Assembly: GCA_963716175.1 (NCBI GenBank) | Contig: OY970296.1 | Location: forward strand, 2,464,001-2,528,000 | Length of the DNA: 64,000 nt | Direction: 5' to 3' | From: an uncultured Armatimonadetes bacterium | GTDB taxonomy: Bacteria; Armatimonadota; Hebobacteria; Hebobacterales; Hebobacteraceae | In this document: positions 40,557-49,664 of the stretch, one piece after another | Numbering within the stretch: the stretch's first letter is position 1 | Layout of the letters: the number at the start of each line of letters is the position of its first letter | Position numbers and translations under genes: made by a program | The notes under the pieces: generated by a model | What the model was told of the DNA's origin: nothing | The model's input: only the letters and a program-made list of their open reading frames with translations | The model's database searches: none

Positions 40557-40574
40557 CAGCTTGCGCTCCCTAAT

Positions 40575-40670
40575 GGCGTTCGCACAAAGAAGTAATGTGC
40601 GAACGCCGCTCTGGGCCCATCTGAACAGTTGCCTGAGCTTCGCCTCGTTGCTTCTTTGGGCGAAGCTCAG
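40575..40670 (-). repeat. Twin-hairpin element, copy 1
   Basis: GGCGTTCGCAC-aaagaagtaat-GTGCGAACGCC and CTGAGCTTCGCC-tcgttgcttctttg-GGCGAAGCTCAG; reverse-complement homolog of 63008-63107. Confidence 0.8.
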
Positions 40671-40775
40671 TAGATGCTGAGATGTGACTCTGCTCACTCT
40701 TCTGGCCCCAGGCTGCGCGTCCTGCCCGTGCATCTCTGCTATACTGAGCCAGGCTTCAAGACCGGAGGCAAACCT

Positions 40776-42002
40776 GTGAGCAACGAGGATCTGCTGAACC
40801 CGGACGCGGCGCTCGCCATCATCCTGGAATCCGTGAACCAGGTGGGCGTCGGGCGCGCGAATCTGCGCCAGGCCCTGGGGCGGACGCTGGCGGAGGACAT
40901 TCGCGCGCAGCAGGACCTGCCTCCGTTTGCCAACTCCGCCATGGACGGCTATGCCGTCGTTGCCTCTGACACGCGGGGAGCCAGCCGGCAGTCACCCTGC
41001 CGACTGCGAGTGCTTGCGGAGCAGCCGGCCGGCAAGATAGTGACTGCCGCGGTGATCCCGGGAAGCGCGGTGCGCATCATGACCGGCGCAGCGCTGCCCC
41101 CCGGCGCCGACGCGGTGGTGATAGTGGAGAGCACCGAAGCGAAGGATGACCTCGTTCTCATCTATGACGAAGCCGCCCCCGGCGCGAACGTGCGGCCCGC
41201 GGGCGAGGATGTGATCCAGGGCCAACTGGTCCTGAAGGCGGGCACGCGAATCGGGCCCGCGGAGATGGGGATGCTGGCCGCGCTGGGCAGGGAGGAGGTT
41301 GATGTCTTCCGCAAGCCCCGGGTGGCGATCATCACCACTGGCGACGAGATTGTGGATGTCTCACGGCCTCTCGCGCCGGGGCAGATACGCGACGCCAATC
41401 AGTACTCGCTAGTGGGCGCGGTGATGGCCGTGGGAGCAGATCCTGCCATGGTGCGGCGGGTGGCGGATGAGCGCGAGGAACTGGCGGCTGTGCTGCTCGC
41501 CGCCGCGGAAAGCGGTGACGCTATTGTCACCTCGGGCGGCGTATCCGTCGGCGCCTTCGATTTCGTGAAGGAGACCCTGGGCCGGCTGGGGGAGGTGCGA
41601 TTCTGGAGGATCGCGATGAAGCCGGGCAAGCCGCTGGCCTTCGGGTTCATCGCTGGCAAACCACTCTTCGGGCTGCCAGGCAATCCTGTGTCCTCTATGG
41701 TCACCTTCGATCTCTTCGTGCGGCCCGCGCTGTTGCGCATGGCGGGGGTCAAAGACGTTAGACCTTCGGTGGTCACCGGTGTCTGTTCGGAGGCGGTATC
41801 GCACAGGCCCGGCCGGCGCGAGTTCGTGCGAGCTCAGGCCGCCTGGAGCGATGGCCGGTACCTGGCGACGCCCACGGGGCCGCAGGGGTCGGGACGCCTG
41901 AGTTCAATGCTGAACGCGAACTGCTACCTGGTCATCCCCGAGGGCCGCGGCGATGTCGCCGCCGGTGAGACGGTGGAGATCATTCTGTGGGAGTGGGTCT
42001 AA
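40776..42002 (+). CDS. moeA: Molybdopterin molybdenumtransferase
   Basis: PPFANSAMDGYAV, RIMTGA, TGDE, TSGGVSVG, MKPGKP, GLPGNPVS, QGSG. Confidence 0.95.
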   Translation: MSNEDLLNPDAALAIILESVNQVGVGRANLRQALGRTLAEDIRAQQDLPPFANSAMDGYAVVASDTRGASRQSPCRLRVLAEQPAGKIVTAAVIPGSAVRIMTGAALPPGADAVVIVESTEAKDDLVLIYDEAAPGANVRPAGEDVIQGQLVLKAGTRIGPAEMGMLAALGREEVDVFRKPRVAIITTGDEIVDVSRPLAPGQIRDANQYSLVGAVMAVGADPAMVRRVADEREELAAVLLAAAESGDAIVTSGGVSVGAFDFVKETLGRLGEVRFWRIAMKPGKPLAFGFIAGKPLFGLPGNPVSSMVTFDLFVRPALLRMAGVKDVRPSVVTGVCSEAVSHRPGRREFVRAQAAWSDGRYLATPTGPQGSGRLSSMLNANCYLVIPEGRGDVAAGETVEIILWEWV

Positions 42003-42040
42003 GGCCCGCGCCGGGGCGGAGGGCCCCGCGGGCGGGGTGG

Positions 42041-42904
42041 TCACCCGATCTGCCGCCAGGTTGCTCTTCGCTTCCGGCCGGAGCGTTTCGGCCGCGAACC
42101 GGTGATCTCCATCGCTATTCCCCTCGCCACCGCGGCCTCAACAACGGGCCGCAGGTCCGTCTCCTCGCGTGCCGGCGGCCGGGCGTGCAGGAAGAACTCC
42201 CGCGCTCCGCCCCGCCCCGAGGCGCGGCAGGGGATCACATCCCGAACCGGGATGCCGGATTCCCGCAGCCGCGGCAGGAGCCAGGCGAATACCGACTCCT
42301 GTAACAGCTCCGCTCCTGCCAGGCCGGCCAGCTTCGCTTCGTGCAGCGGCTTCACCAGCGCACATGCTTCCCGTTCCTGCGCCAGGAGGCTCCATGCCTT
42401 TGGCAACACTGTCGAGAGAGAACGGAAGGTCACATCCACGGTCGCCAAGCTGGGCGCAGGAACGAGTTCATCGGGCTGCAGCGCCATCACGTCCCGCCCC
42501 CCGAGGTCCATCACACGCGGGTCCGCGCGGAGGCGCTGGGCGAGCTGCCCGCGTGCGACATCCACCGCATAGACGCGGCTCGCGCCACAGGCCAGCAGAC
42601 AGTCGGTGAAACCGCCCCCCGCGGCGCCGATGTCCAGGGCGCACCGTCCGGCCACCGCGATCCCGAAAGCGGCCAGCGCCTCTGCTAACTTCTCGCCGCC
42701 GCGGGTGGCGTAGCGGCGACGTCTGCGGAATCGCACCTCCGCAGTCACCGGCACCGGCCTGGCCGCCTGATCCACCAGCTCTCCGTCAACGATGACTTCG
42801 CCCGACCAGATGGCGCGCCGCGCCGCTTCCAGGTCCGCGGAGAGCCCGCGATCCACCAATACTTCCTCCAGGCGCTTCCTCGCCGGACGGGCCGCCTTTG
42901 CCAC
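42041..42904 (-). CDS. tlyA: TlyA family rRNA methyltransferase (S4 + FtsJ); start uncertain
   Basis: RKRL..LV.RGL, YATRGGEKL, LDIGAAGGGFTDCLL..GA..VYAVDV, DVTF.SL, LVKP. Confidence 0.85.
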   Translation of the reverse strand: MAKAARPARKRLEEVLVDRGLSADLEAARRAIWSGEVIVDGELVDQAARPVPVTAEVRFRRRRRYATRGGEKLAEALAAFGIAVAGRCALDIGAAGGGFTDCLLACGASRVYAVDVARGQLAQRLRADPRVMDLGGRDVMALQPDELVPAPSLATVDVTFRSLSTVLPKAWSLLAQEREACALVKPLHEAKLAGLAGAELLQESVFAWLLPRLRESGIPVRDVIPCRASGRGGAREFFLHARPPAREETDLRPVVEAAVARGIAMEITGSRPKRSGRKRRATWRQIG

Positions 42905-43089
42905 GAAGCTCACTCTCCCAGGCTGGGGGAGCACTTCGACCAGGGGCCCTTGCGCCCCTACCGCTCGAGGCGGACAAGGGCCGCCGAAGGAATCCGCGCG
43001 CTCCACGGCAAAGGGAAGCACACGACGAACCGGGTTGTAGCTTGCTCGTGGGTTAGCTCTATGACTATCCTGGCGACGGAGGTGCTGAG

Positions 43090-44181
43090 ATGGACAAGGT
43101 CGGCGTCGCGCTGCTGGGCTGTGGGTTCGTGGCCGGGATCCACGCGGACTGCTACCACCGGTTCGTCCCTGACGCGCGGATCGAGGCCGTGGTCGGGCGC
43201 AATGAGGCTAAGGTGAAGGCCTTCGCCGAGCGCTTCGGCATTCCGCGCTGGTTCACGGACTACCGCAAGGCGCTTGCGCTCGACCAGGTGCAGCTTGCGG
43301 ATCTGTGCATTCCCACTTACCTGCACGCCGAGGCCACCGTGGCCTCCGCCCAGGCCGGCAAGCACGTGATCTGCGAGAAGCCCCTCTGCATGAACCTGCA
43401 GGAGGCCGATCAGATGATCGCGGCCTGCCGCCAGGCTAAGGTCCATCTCATGTATGCGGAGGAGCTCTGCTTCACCCCCAAGTACGTCCGCGCCAAGCTG
43501 CTGGTGGATGAGGGAGCGCTTGGTAAGGTCTACCTGGTGAAGCAGAGCGAGAAGCACTTCGGCCCTCACGCCGACTGGTTCTGGGACGTGGAGCGCTCCG
43601 GCGGCGGGGTGATGCTGGACATGGGATGTCATGCCTTGGAGTTCTTCCGCTGGGTGCTGGGCAAGCCCAGGGCCACCTCGGTCTACGCCCATATGGGCAC
43701 CTACGTCCACAGCGATAAGACCAAGGGGGACGACAACTCCATCGCCATTGTCGAGTTCGAGGGAGGCGCGGTGGGGATGGCCGAGGAGAGCTGGGCGAGA
43801 CGGGGCGGGATGGACGACCGCGCCGAGATCTACGGCTCAGATGGCGTGACCTATGCCGACCTGCTGCACGGCAATTCCCTGGAAACCTACAGCGAAATCG
43901 GCTATGGCTACGCCGTGGAAAAGGCCCCTCAGACCAAGGGCTGGACCTTCACCATGTACGAGGAGGCCTGGAACTACGGGTTCCCGCAGGAGTTGGCGCA
44001 TTTCGTCGGCTGCGTGAAGGATGGCACTCAGCCCCTGGAGACCGGCGAAGATGGTCGCGCGGTGCTGGAGATCATCATGGCCACCTACGAATCCGCGGCC
44101 ACCGGCCGGCGGGTGGACCTGCCCTTCTCCACCAGCGCCAAGAGCCCGATCGAGCCCTGGCTCAAGCGGAAGCGGGCCTAG
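43090..44181 (+). CDS. Gfo/Idh/MocA family oxidoreductase
   Basis: LLGCGFV, GKHVICEKP, SGGGVMLDMGCH. Confidence 0.92.
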   Translation: MDKVGVALLGCGFVAGIHADCYHRFVPDARIEAVVGRNEAKVKAFAERFGIPRWFTDYRKALALDQVQLADLCIPTYLHAEATVASAQAGKHVICEKPLCMNLQEADQMIAACRQAKVHLMYAEELCFTPKYVRAKLLVDEGALGKVYLVKQSEKHFGPHADWFWDVERSGGGVMLDMGCHALEFFRWVLGKPRATSVYAHMGTYVHSDKTKGDDNSIAIVEFEGGAVGMAEESWARRGGMDDRAEIYGSDGVTYADLLHGNSLETYSEIGYGYAVEKAPQTKGWTFTMYEEAWNYGFPQELAHFVGCVKDGTQPLETGEDGRAVLEIIMATYESAATGRRVDLPFSTSAKSPIEPWLKRKRA

Positions 44182-45399
44182 ATGGGGAACCAGAACGGTT
44201 CCAGTCGGGAACGGCTGCTGGCCGCCATTGAGGGCGCAGAGGGGGCGCCAGTCCCCTGTTGCTTCATGATCTTCCGCGCCCTCAGGGAGCGGTGCCGCGA
44301 TGAACTCGAGTTTGCCGCCCGTCAGGCCGAGATGGGGCTGGACACTCGCCTCCAGCTCGACGACTTGCCGCTGCGGCTTGCGCCGGAGGTCAAGGTTCGC
44401 GACTGGACGGAGCCCGCCTCCGGAGGCCGGCCGCCTTGTCTGCACCGGACCTATGAAACCCCCGCCGGGGCGCTCACGGCAAGCGTGAAGCTGACCGAGG
44501 ACTGGCCCTACGGCGCCAGGCTTCCTCTTTTCGGCGACTACATCACTCCTCGCGCCATCAAGTACCTGGTCACCGGACCCGAGGACGTGGATGCTCTGCG
44601 CTATCTCTTCCCCGCGCCCACCGCCCAAGATCGGGACGCCTTCTTTCGCGCCGCGGCCGAGCAGAAGCGCTTCGCCCACGAGCGCGGTCTGCTCTTCGCC
44701 GGCGGCTGGAGGTCAGATCGCTCGCGGCTCCCGGAGGACAAAGGCCTGACTGGCGAAAACGGAGGCACGGGAACCGTTGTTGACACGCTGATGTGGCTGT
44801 GCGGCGCCACCGAGCCGCTGCTGTGGGCCTACGACCAATCCAGCTTCCTTTCCCAGCTCCTCTCTCTTATCGAGGGCTGGAACCGCCAGCGATTGGAGAT
44901 GCACCTGGAGGCCGGCGTTGACCTGGTGGTGCGCCGCGCCTGGTACGAGGGCACCGAGTTCTGGTCCCCTCGCTTCTACCGCCAGTTCATACTCCCCGGC
45001 CTGCGAACGGAGGTGCAGCTCGCCCATCAGGCAGGCGCTCGCTATGGCTACATCATGACCAGCGGCATGGTTCCCCTGGCTGAGGATCTGCTCGCCTCCG
45101 GCGCGGATGTCATCATCGGTATCGATCCTGGTGAGGGGAAGGGCACCACCCTGGAGGAGGTGCGCGCTTCCTTCGGGGGCCGCATCGGCCTCTGGGGCGG
45201 GGTGAGCGGGCCGCTTGCGGTAGAGCAGGCAAGCGAGGGCCAGGTCCGGCAAGCAGTGCGGGAGGCGATGGACGCCTTCGCTCCCAGCGGTCGCTTCATC
45301 CTCTCTCCGGTGGACAACATCCGGGCCAGCGATGACCAGACCTGGCGTAACGTCAGCATCTTCATTGACACCTGGAGGGCGATGAGCGCGGCGGGGTGA
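44182..45399 (+). CDS. Uroporphyrinogen-decarboxylase-like protein
   Basis: YETPAGALT, WSP..YRQFILP, LWGGV, GRFILSPVD. Confidence 0.75.
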   Translation: MGNQNGSSRERLLAAIEGAEGAPVPCCFMIFRALRERCRDELEFAARQAEMGLDTRLQLDDLPLRLAPEVKVRDWTEPASGGRPPCLHRTYETPAGALTASVKLTEDWPYGARLPLFGDYITPRAIKYLVTGPEDVDALRYLFPAPTAQDRDAFFRAAAEQKRFAHERGLLFAGGWRSDRSRLPEDKGLTGENGGTGTVVDTLMWLCGATEPLLWAYDQSSFLSQLLSLIEGWNRQRLEMHLEAGVDLVVRRAWYEGTEFWSPRFYRQFILPGLRTEVQLAHQAGARYGYIMTSGMVPLAEDLLASGADVIIGIDPGEGKGTTLEEVRASFGGRIGLWGGVSGPLAVEQASEGQVRQAVREAMDAFAPSGRFILSPVDNIRASDDQTWRNVSIFIDTWRAMSAAG

Positions 45400-45461
45400 G
45401 CGCCGCGGGGTGCGCCCGGCTAGTCTCCCGGAGTGGACGACCAGAGGGGGCGCCGGCGCTG

Positions 45462-46385
45462 TCAGCTATCCCAGAACAGCTTCGCGGCCCCCAGCAGCGC
45501 GGCTGAATCGCCCAGGGCTGAACGCTCCAGCCGCACCTTCCCTCCCTGGGTGGTCGTGGCGCCCACCACCTCCGCCAAGGGCCCGCGGAAGTGATCGAAG
45601 GACCGGGAAATGGATCCTCCGAAGACCACGACCTCCGGGTCCAGCAGGTTCACCAGAAACGAGATCACAGCCCCCAGCGTGCGGCCGAAGGAGGCGAAGG
45701 CCTTCAGGGCGCGCTCATCGCCTCGCTCGGCGAGGGCTGCAATCTCCGCGCCGCTCGGGGCTTGCCCGCCGGCCGTGTGGCGGGACTGCGCCAACGCGCG
45801 TTGGTAACTGCGCTCGATCGCGCTGGCGCAGACCTGGGCCTCCAGAAAGCTGTCCCCCATAGGAGTGTTCCAGATCTCGCCGGCGAAGCCGTGGCTGCCC
45901 CGGTAGGCCTGCCCCCCGATGACGATGCCGACCCCGATCCCCGTGCCCAGCGTTACTCCGCACAGGTTCGATGCGCCCTTCCCAGCCCCCATCCACCATT
46001 CGCCCACGGCAAAGCAGCAAGCATCGTTGGCCACCGTCACCGGTAGCCCTAGCCGGGCCTCGAGATGGCGGCCCAGGTAGAGCCCGCCGAGTGTGGGCAG
46101 GTTTGGGCACGGGATCACCTGCCCCTCACTGTCCAAGACGGTGGCGATCCCAACCGCGGCGCCAGCGATCGCGCCTTCTGCCTCCCCGGCCTGCTGGGCC
46201 TCCCCGATCACCCTCAGCAGATCCGCGATGATCTCCGCCTGCGGTCTGCCGGCCTCGGTCGGCCGGCGCGCGACCGGCCCGGTTGCGCCGAGCGCGGAGA
46301 CAACCGCAGCTCTCATCCAGGTGCCGCCCAGATCAACCGCGGTCACCTGCCCGCCCCCACGACTGTGAGCAATGCTGGCGCACAT
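45462..46385 (-). CDS. ROK family sugar kinase
   Basis: AVDLGGT, VANDA, GE..MGAG, TLGTGIG, GFAGEI, DPEVVVFGG; carries an in-frame 24-nt element at 45761-45784. Confidence 0.9.
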   Translation of the reverse strand: MCASIAHSRGGGQVTAVDLGGTWMRAAVVSALGATGPVARRPTEAGRPQAEIIADLLRVIGEAQQAGEAEGAIAGAAVGIATVLDSEGQVIPCPNLPTLGGLYLGRHLEARLGLPVTVANDACCFAVGEWWMGAGKGASNLCGVTLGTGIGVGIVIGGQAYRGSHGFAGEIWNTPMGDSFLEAQVCASAIERSYQRALAQSRHTAGGQAPSGAEIAALAERGDERALKAFASFGRTLGAVISFLVNLLDPEVVVFGGSISRSFDHFRGPLAEVVGATTTQGGKVRLERSALGDSAALLGAAKLFWDS

Positions 46386-46423
46386 TCAGCTCACGGCCTT
46401 CTTCTCTTCCGCGTTTCCTCCCT

Positions 46424-46846
46424 TCACCGCCTCACTACGTCACGCACCCCGGGCAGGCTGCCCGGGGTGCGTTTGTTCCGCGTGGTATGGGTGCTGCCTC
46501 CGGCGCTACCAGCGGGGTCCCCGGCCTCGCGGGGCGCCGCCACCGCTTCGACCGCCCCGCCGGAAGCCGCCGCCCCCTCCGCCACCACCGGGGCCGCGCC
46601 CCGGTCGTCCCGCTCGCGCTTGGGCCGGGCCTCGTCCACTCGCAGCGCGCGGCCCTTGAGATCGCGTCCGTTCATCGCCGCAATCGCCTCCGCGGCCTTG
46701 TCATCGGGGAGATCCACGAACGCGAACCCCTTGCCCTCGATCACCCGGACTGCCTCCAGAGGCCCGAACTGGGCGAATAGCTCCCGCAGCTCGTCCTCCG
46801 TTGTGCCGTGGGGCAGGTTCCCCACATACAAACTCTTGGTCGGCAT
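46424..46846 (-). CDS. RRM RNA-binding protein with low-complexity tail
   Basis: RNP2 LYVGNL, RNP1 KGFAFV, GRALRVDEARP; AGAGGAG RBS. Confidence 0.9.
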   Translation of the reverse strand: MPTKSLYVGNLPHGTTEDELRELFAQFGPLEAVRVIEGKGFAFVDLPDDKAAEAIAAMNGRDLKGRALRVDEARPKRERDDRGAAPVVAEGAAASGGAVEAVAAPREAGDPAGSAGGSTHTTRNKRTPGSLPGVRDVVRR

Positions 46847-47074
46847 TGCGACTCCTCTCTTTCCCACCGTAGCCTGGCTCGGCCTCTGGGATCTCTCACC
46901 GCATGGCCCGTCGCCGCCGCAATCCTCGCCCCTTGCTCCACCCGCCAGGCAGGCGCCTCAGTGGCGCGACAGAGGACGTGCGCGCAGCGCCTGCCCCTAT
47001 TCTGCCGCCTTGGTGGGGTTCCTGCCCTCCCTGCAGCCGCTCTGTTCCCTCCCTGGCCCACGGGCGGCCCCCCT

Positions 47075-47923
47075 TTAGGCCTCTCGGCCCGGGGCACGGC
47101 CGGCGGGCAAGCCCGCCACTATGCCCCGCGCGTTCCCACCTAGCACCAGCTCGGCCGCGCCGGGCTGAGGGAAGACCTGGGTGAAGTAGTGCCTCCAGAA
47201 CAGCACCCGTTCCTGCCAGGTGCGAATCCTGCCGCGGTGGTCCTGGCCCTCGGGAGTGAGCAAGTTGATGTCCGTGCCCATCAGCATCTTGCTGGCGATG
47301 CCATGGACCGTCATCGCCCGCGCCACCGCATCCAGGAACACGCCGATGTAGCCACTGGTATCGAGGAAGAAGTTGGGATGAGTGAGCGCCATCCCCATGG
47401 CGGCCTCGCAGTGCGGCCAGCCGAAATGGGCGGCGATCACGGTGAGAGACGGGAACTGTTTGATCACGACATCGAGCCGCTCCACGTGCATCCAATCGGT
47501 GGACCGGGAGCGATGCCCTGCCGCGTGGGGGTAGTGATCCAGCGTATCCGCCCAGGCCTGCCCGGTATGGAACAGGATCGGCATCCCCAGCGCCTCCGCG
47601 CGCTGGTAGATGGGGAAGAACGAGTCGTCATCCCAGGGCCTCGGAGGAGTGTGGGCCTTCAGTCCCACGAATCCGCGCCCCTTCTGGCGGTCCACCCAGT
47701 CGGGCCCCTCCGCCAGCTGGAGATAGCCAAACGGGATGATCTTGCCTTTGAGATCGCGCGCCAGCTCCAGCACCACCTCATCGTTGTCCCGGACCCCCGT
47801 CCAGTGGGTGAGCGGAGCCGAAAGCGCCCAGACCTCATCCACGAAGCCGAGAGAGAAGGCAGTCTCGAGCTCCCGCGCGGTGAAGCCTTGCGGCAGGTGG
47901 CAGTGCGCGTCTACGACCAGCAT
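47075..47923 (-). CDS. Amidohydrolase_2 family protein
   Basis: VDAHCH, GFVGLK, PILFHTG, IAAHFG, LDTSG, LMGTD. Confidence 0.88.
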   Translation of the reverse strand: MLVVDAHCHLPQGFTARELETAFSLGFVDEVWALSAPLTHWTGVRDNDEVVLELARDLKGKIIPFGYLQLAEGPDWVDRQKGRGFVGLKAHTPPRPWDDDSFFPIYQRAEALGMPILFHTGQAWADTLDHYPHAAGHRSRSTDWMHVERLDVVIKQFPSLTVIAAHFGWPHCEAAMGMALTHPNFFLDTSGYIGVFLDAVARAMTVHGIASKMLMGTDINLLTPEGQDHRGRIRTWQERVLFWRHYFTQVFPQPGAAELVLGGNARGIVAGLPAGRAPGREA

Positions 47924-47954
47924 CGAACTCCTCCTCTGTCCAGAAGATGGCCAG

Positions 47955-48059
47955 ACCCCTCGCTTCGCTCGGGGCAGGCTTACCCCCTGCCCAGGCCCGG
48001 TCCTGCAGCGGCTTGCCCGCCGGCCGCGTGGAGGGCTTGCCCGCCGGTCGTGTGGAGGA
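47955..48059. repeat. Intergenic palindrome plus tandem pair of the 24-nt element
   Basis: ACCCCTCGCTTCGCTCGGGGCAGGCT (47955-47980); two 24-nt units at 48012-48035 and 48036-48059. Confidence 0.75.
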
Positions 48060-48146
48060 CAGGAGAGTTGAGCCGGAATATGGCTAACATCAGTCCGGGA
48101 CAGGGGGCAAGTGCCTGCCCAACGACATCAATGGAGCCCTGCTGCC

Positions 48147-48956
48147 ATGCCAAGCATATCTGCCAGGTGCCTCGCCGAAACCGACCTCTACCCTCCTCTC
48201 TATCACTATCTGGTGGCCCAGGGATACACTGTCAGAAGTGAAGTGAACTACTGCGACATCACCGCCGCCAGGGGCGATGATCTGATCGTGATCGAGCTCA
48301 AGCGAAGCTTCAGCATTGAGCTGCTCATCCAGGCCACGCGGCGCCAGCGGATCACCGACTCCGTCTATGTGGCCCTTCCCCGGCCCCGCCCCAGCCGGAG
48401 ATGGAACGGTATCCGTCATCTCCTGCGGCGGCTGGAGCTGGGCCTGATCTTGGTCTCCTTCCGCGGGAAGACACCGCGGCTGGAGGTGGTCTTCCATCCG
48501 CTTCCCTTCGACCGCAAGCAGCGCACTCAAGCCAGACGCGCCGTGCTCACCGAGATCGCGCGCCGTTCCGCCGATCTCAACGCGGCCGGCAGCCATCGCC
48601 GCAAGATCGTCACCGCCTACCGCGAGCACGCAGTCCACATCGCCTGCTGTCTCGCCGAGCTGGGGCCGCTTTCGCCGCGACAGCTCCGGACCCTGGGCGC
48701 CGGGCCCAAGGCGCAGTCCATCCTTTACCACGACTTCTATGGCTGGTTCGACCGGATCGGGAGAGGCCAGTATGCCCTCCGGCCGCAGGGGCAGGCCGAG
48801 CTGGCGCAGTATCCTAGCCTGGTGCAGCACTACCGCACCCTGCTGGCGGGAGCTTCCGCTCCTGCCCAACATGGAGATGTCAGTGGCCCTCAGCTACCAG
48901 ACCGAAGACTGGGACCGCTACCACATGGATTACTACCATCCTCACCGCGTGCTTGA
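48147..48956 (+). CDS. DUF2161 family putative PD-(D/E)XK protein
   Basis: ETDLYPP, GY.VRSEV..CDI, IELK, LL.QA..RQ, VTAYRE, YGWF.RI.RG.Y.L; tail overlaps next gene. Confidence 0.85.
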   Translation: MPSISARCLAETDLYPPLYHYLVAQGYTVRSEVNYCDITAARGDDLIVIELKRSFSIELLIQATRRQRITDSVYVALPRPRPSRRWNGIRHLLRRLELGLILVSFRGKTPRLEVVFHPLPFDRKQRTQARRAVLTEIARRSADLNAAGSHRRKIVTAYREHAVHIACCLAELGPLSPRQLRTLGAGPKAQSILYHDFYGWFDRIGRGQYALRPQGQAELAQYPSLVQHYRTLLAGASAPAQHGDVSGPQLPDRRLGPLPHGLLPSSPRA

Positions 48957-49626
48957 GCCGCTGGAGGAGGAGATCTCGGCGGTGGCGGGCGCGCTCAGTG
49001 CGCTTCAGCGAGCAGGTATCCTGCCGCACGCCAGCTACGACCAGGCCAGGATGTTGGCCCATCGCCGGGCGGTGGCCGAGGGCTTCGACATCCCCTGGAC
49101 TGCGATCACGCCGCGCATGCAGCGTCTCCTTTATGCCGTCAATGCCATCGTCGGGCCGGAGAACATGATCGCCGCCGGCGTCTTCTGCGGGTTCACCTTC
49201 ATCTCCAACGCCGGAGCCGCCGTGGGCCCGGGCGCATGCTACACCGCCCGCAACCTGATCGGGGTCGAGATCAAGCCGAAAGAGGCGCAGCGGGCGGAGC
49301 GCAACGTCAGGCGCATTGACCCCACCGGCGTGGCCCGCGTGCTCGCGGCGGACGCCGTCGAGGTGGTGGCCAGCTTCCCCGAGCCCATCCACCTTCTCTA
49401 CCTGGACGCCGACGGCGACGGAGGCAGGGGCAAAGGGATCTACCTCGACATCCTGGAGGCCGGCTACGAGCGCATGCCCTCAGGCAGCCTCGTGTTGGCC
49501 CACAACAGCGTCAACCTCGCCGGCCTGCTGAGACACTATCTGGACTACGTCCGTGATCCTGGCCGCTTTCGGGCGAGCGTCAACGTCATCCTGGACCCCG
49601 AAGGGCTGGAGGTGTCCGTCAAGTGA
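48871..49626 (+). CDS. Class I SAM-dependent methyltransferase-like protein
   Basis: AGVFCGFT, GVEI, DAVEV, LLYLDAD, LVLAHN. Confidence 0.7.
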   Translation: MEMSVALSYQTEDWDRYHMDYYHPHRVLEPLEEEISAVAGALSALQRAGILPHASYDQARMLAHRRAVAEGFDIPWTAITPRMQRLLYAVNAIVGPENMIAAGVFCGFTFISNAGAAVGPGACYTARNLIGVEIKPKEAQRAERNVRRIDPTGVARVLAADAVEVVASFPEPIHLLYLDADGDGGRGKGIYLDILEAGYERMPSGSLVLAHNSVNLAGLLRHYLDYVRDPGRFRASVNVILDPEGLEVSVK

Positions 49627-49664
49627 CGAAGTGGCTGGCCTGTGAGGGACGCGCGAGCCCGACC

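Noticed and set aside
48871-48956. Functional overlapping genes (DUF2161 tail over the methyltransferase start)
   Set aside because: The tail looks like non-conserved readthrough or another indel error.
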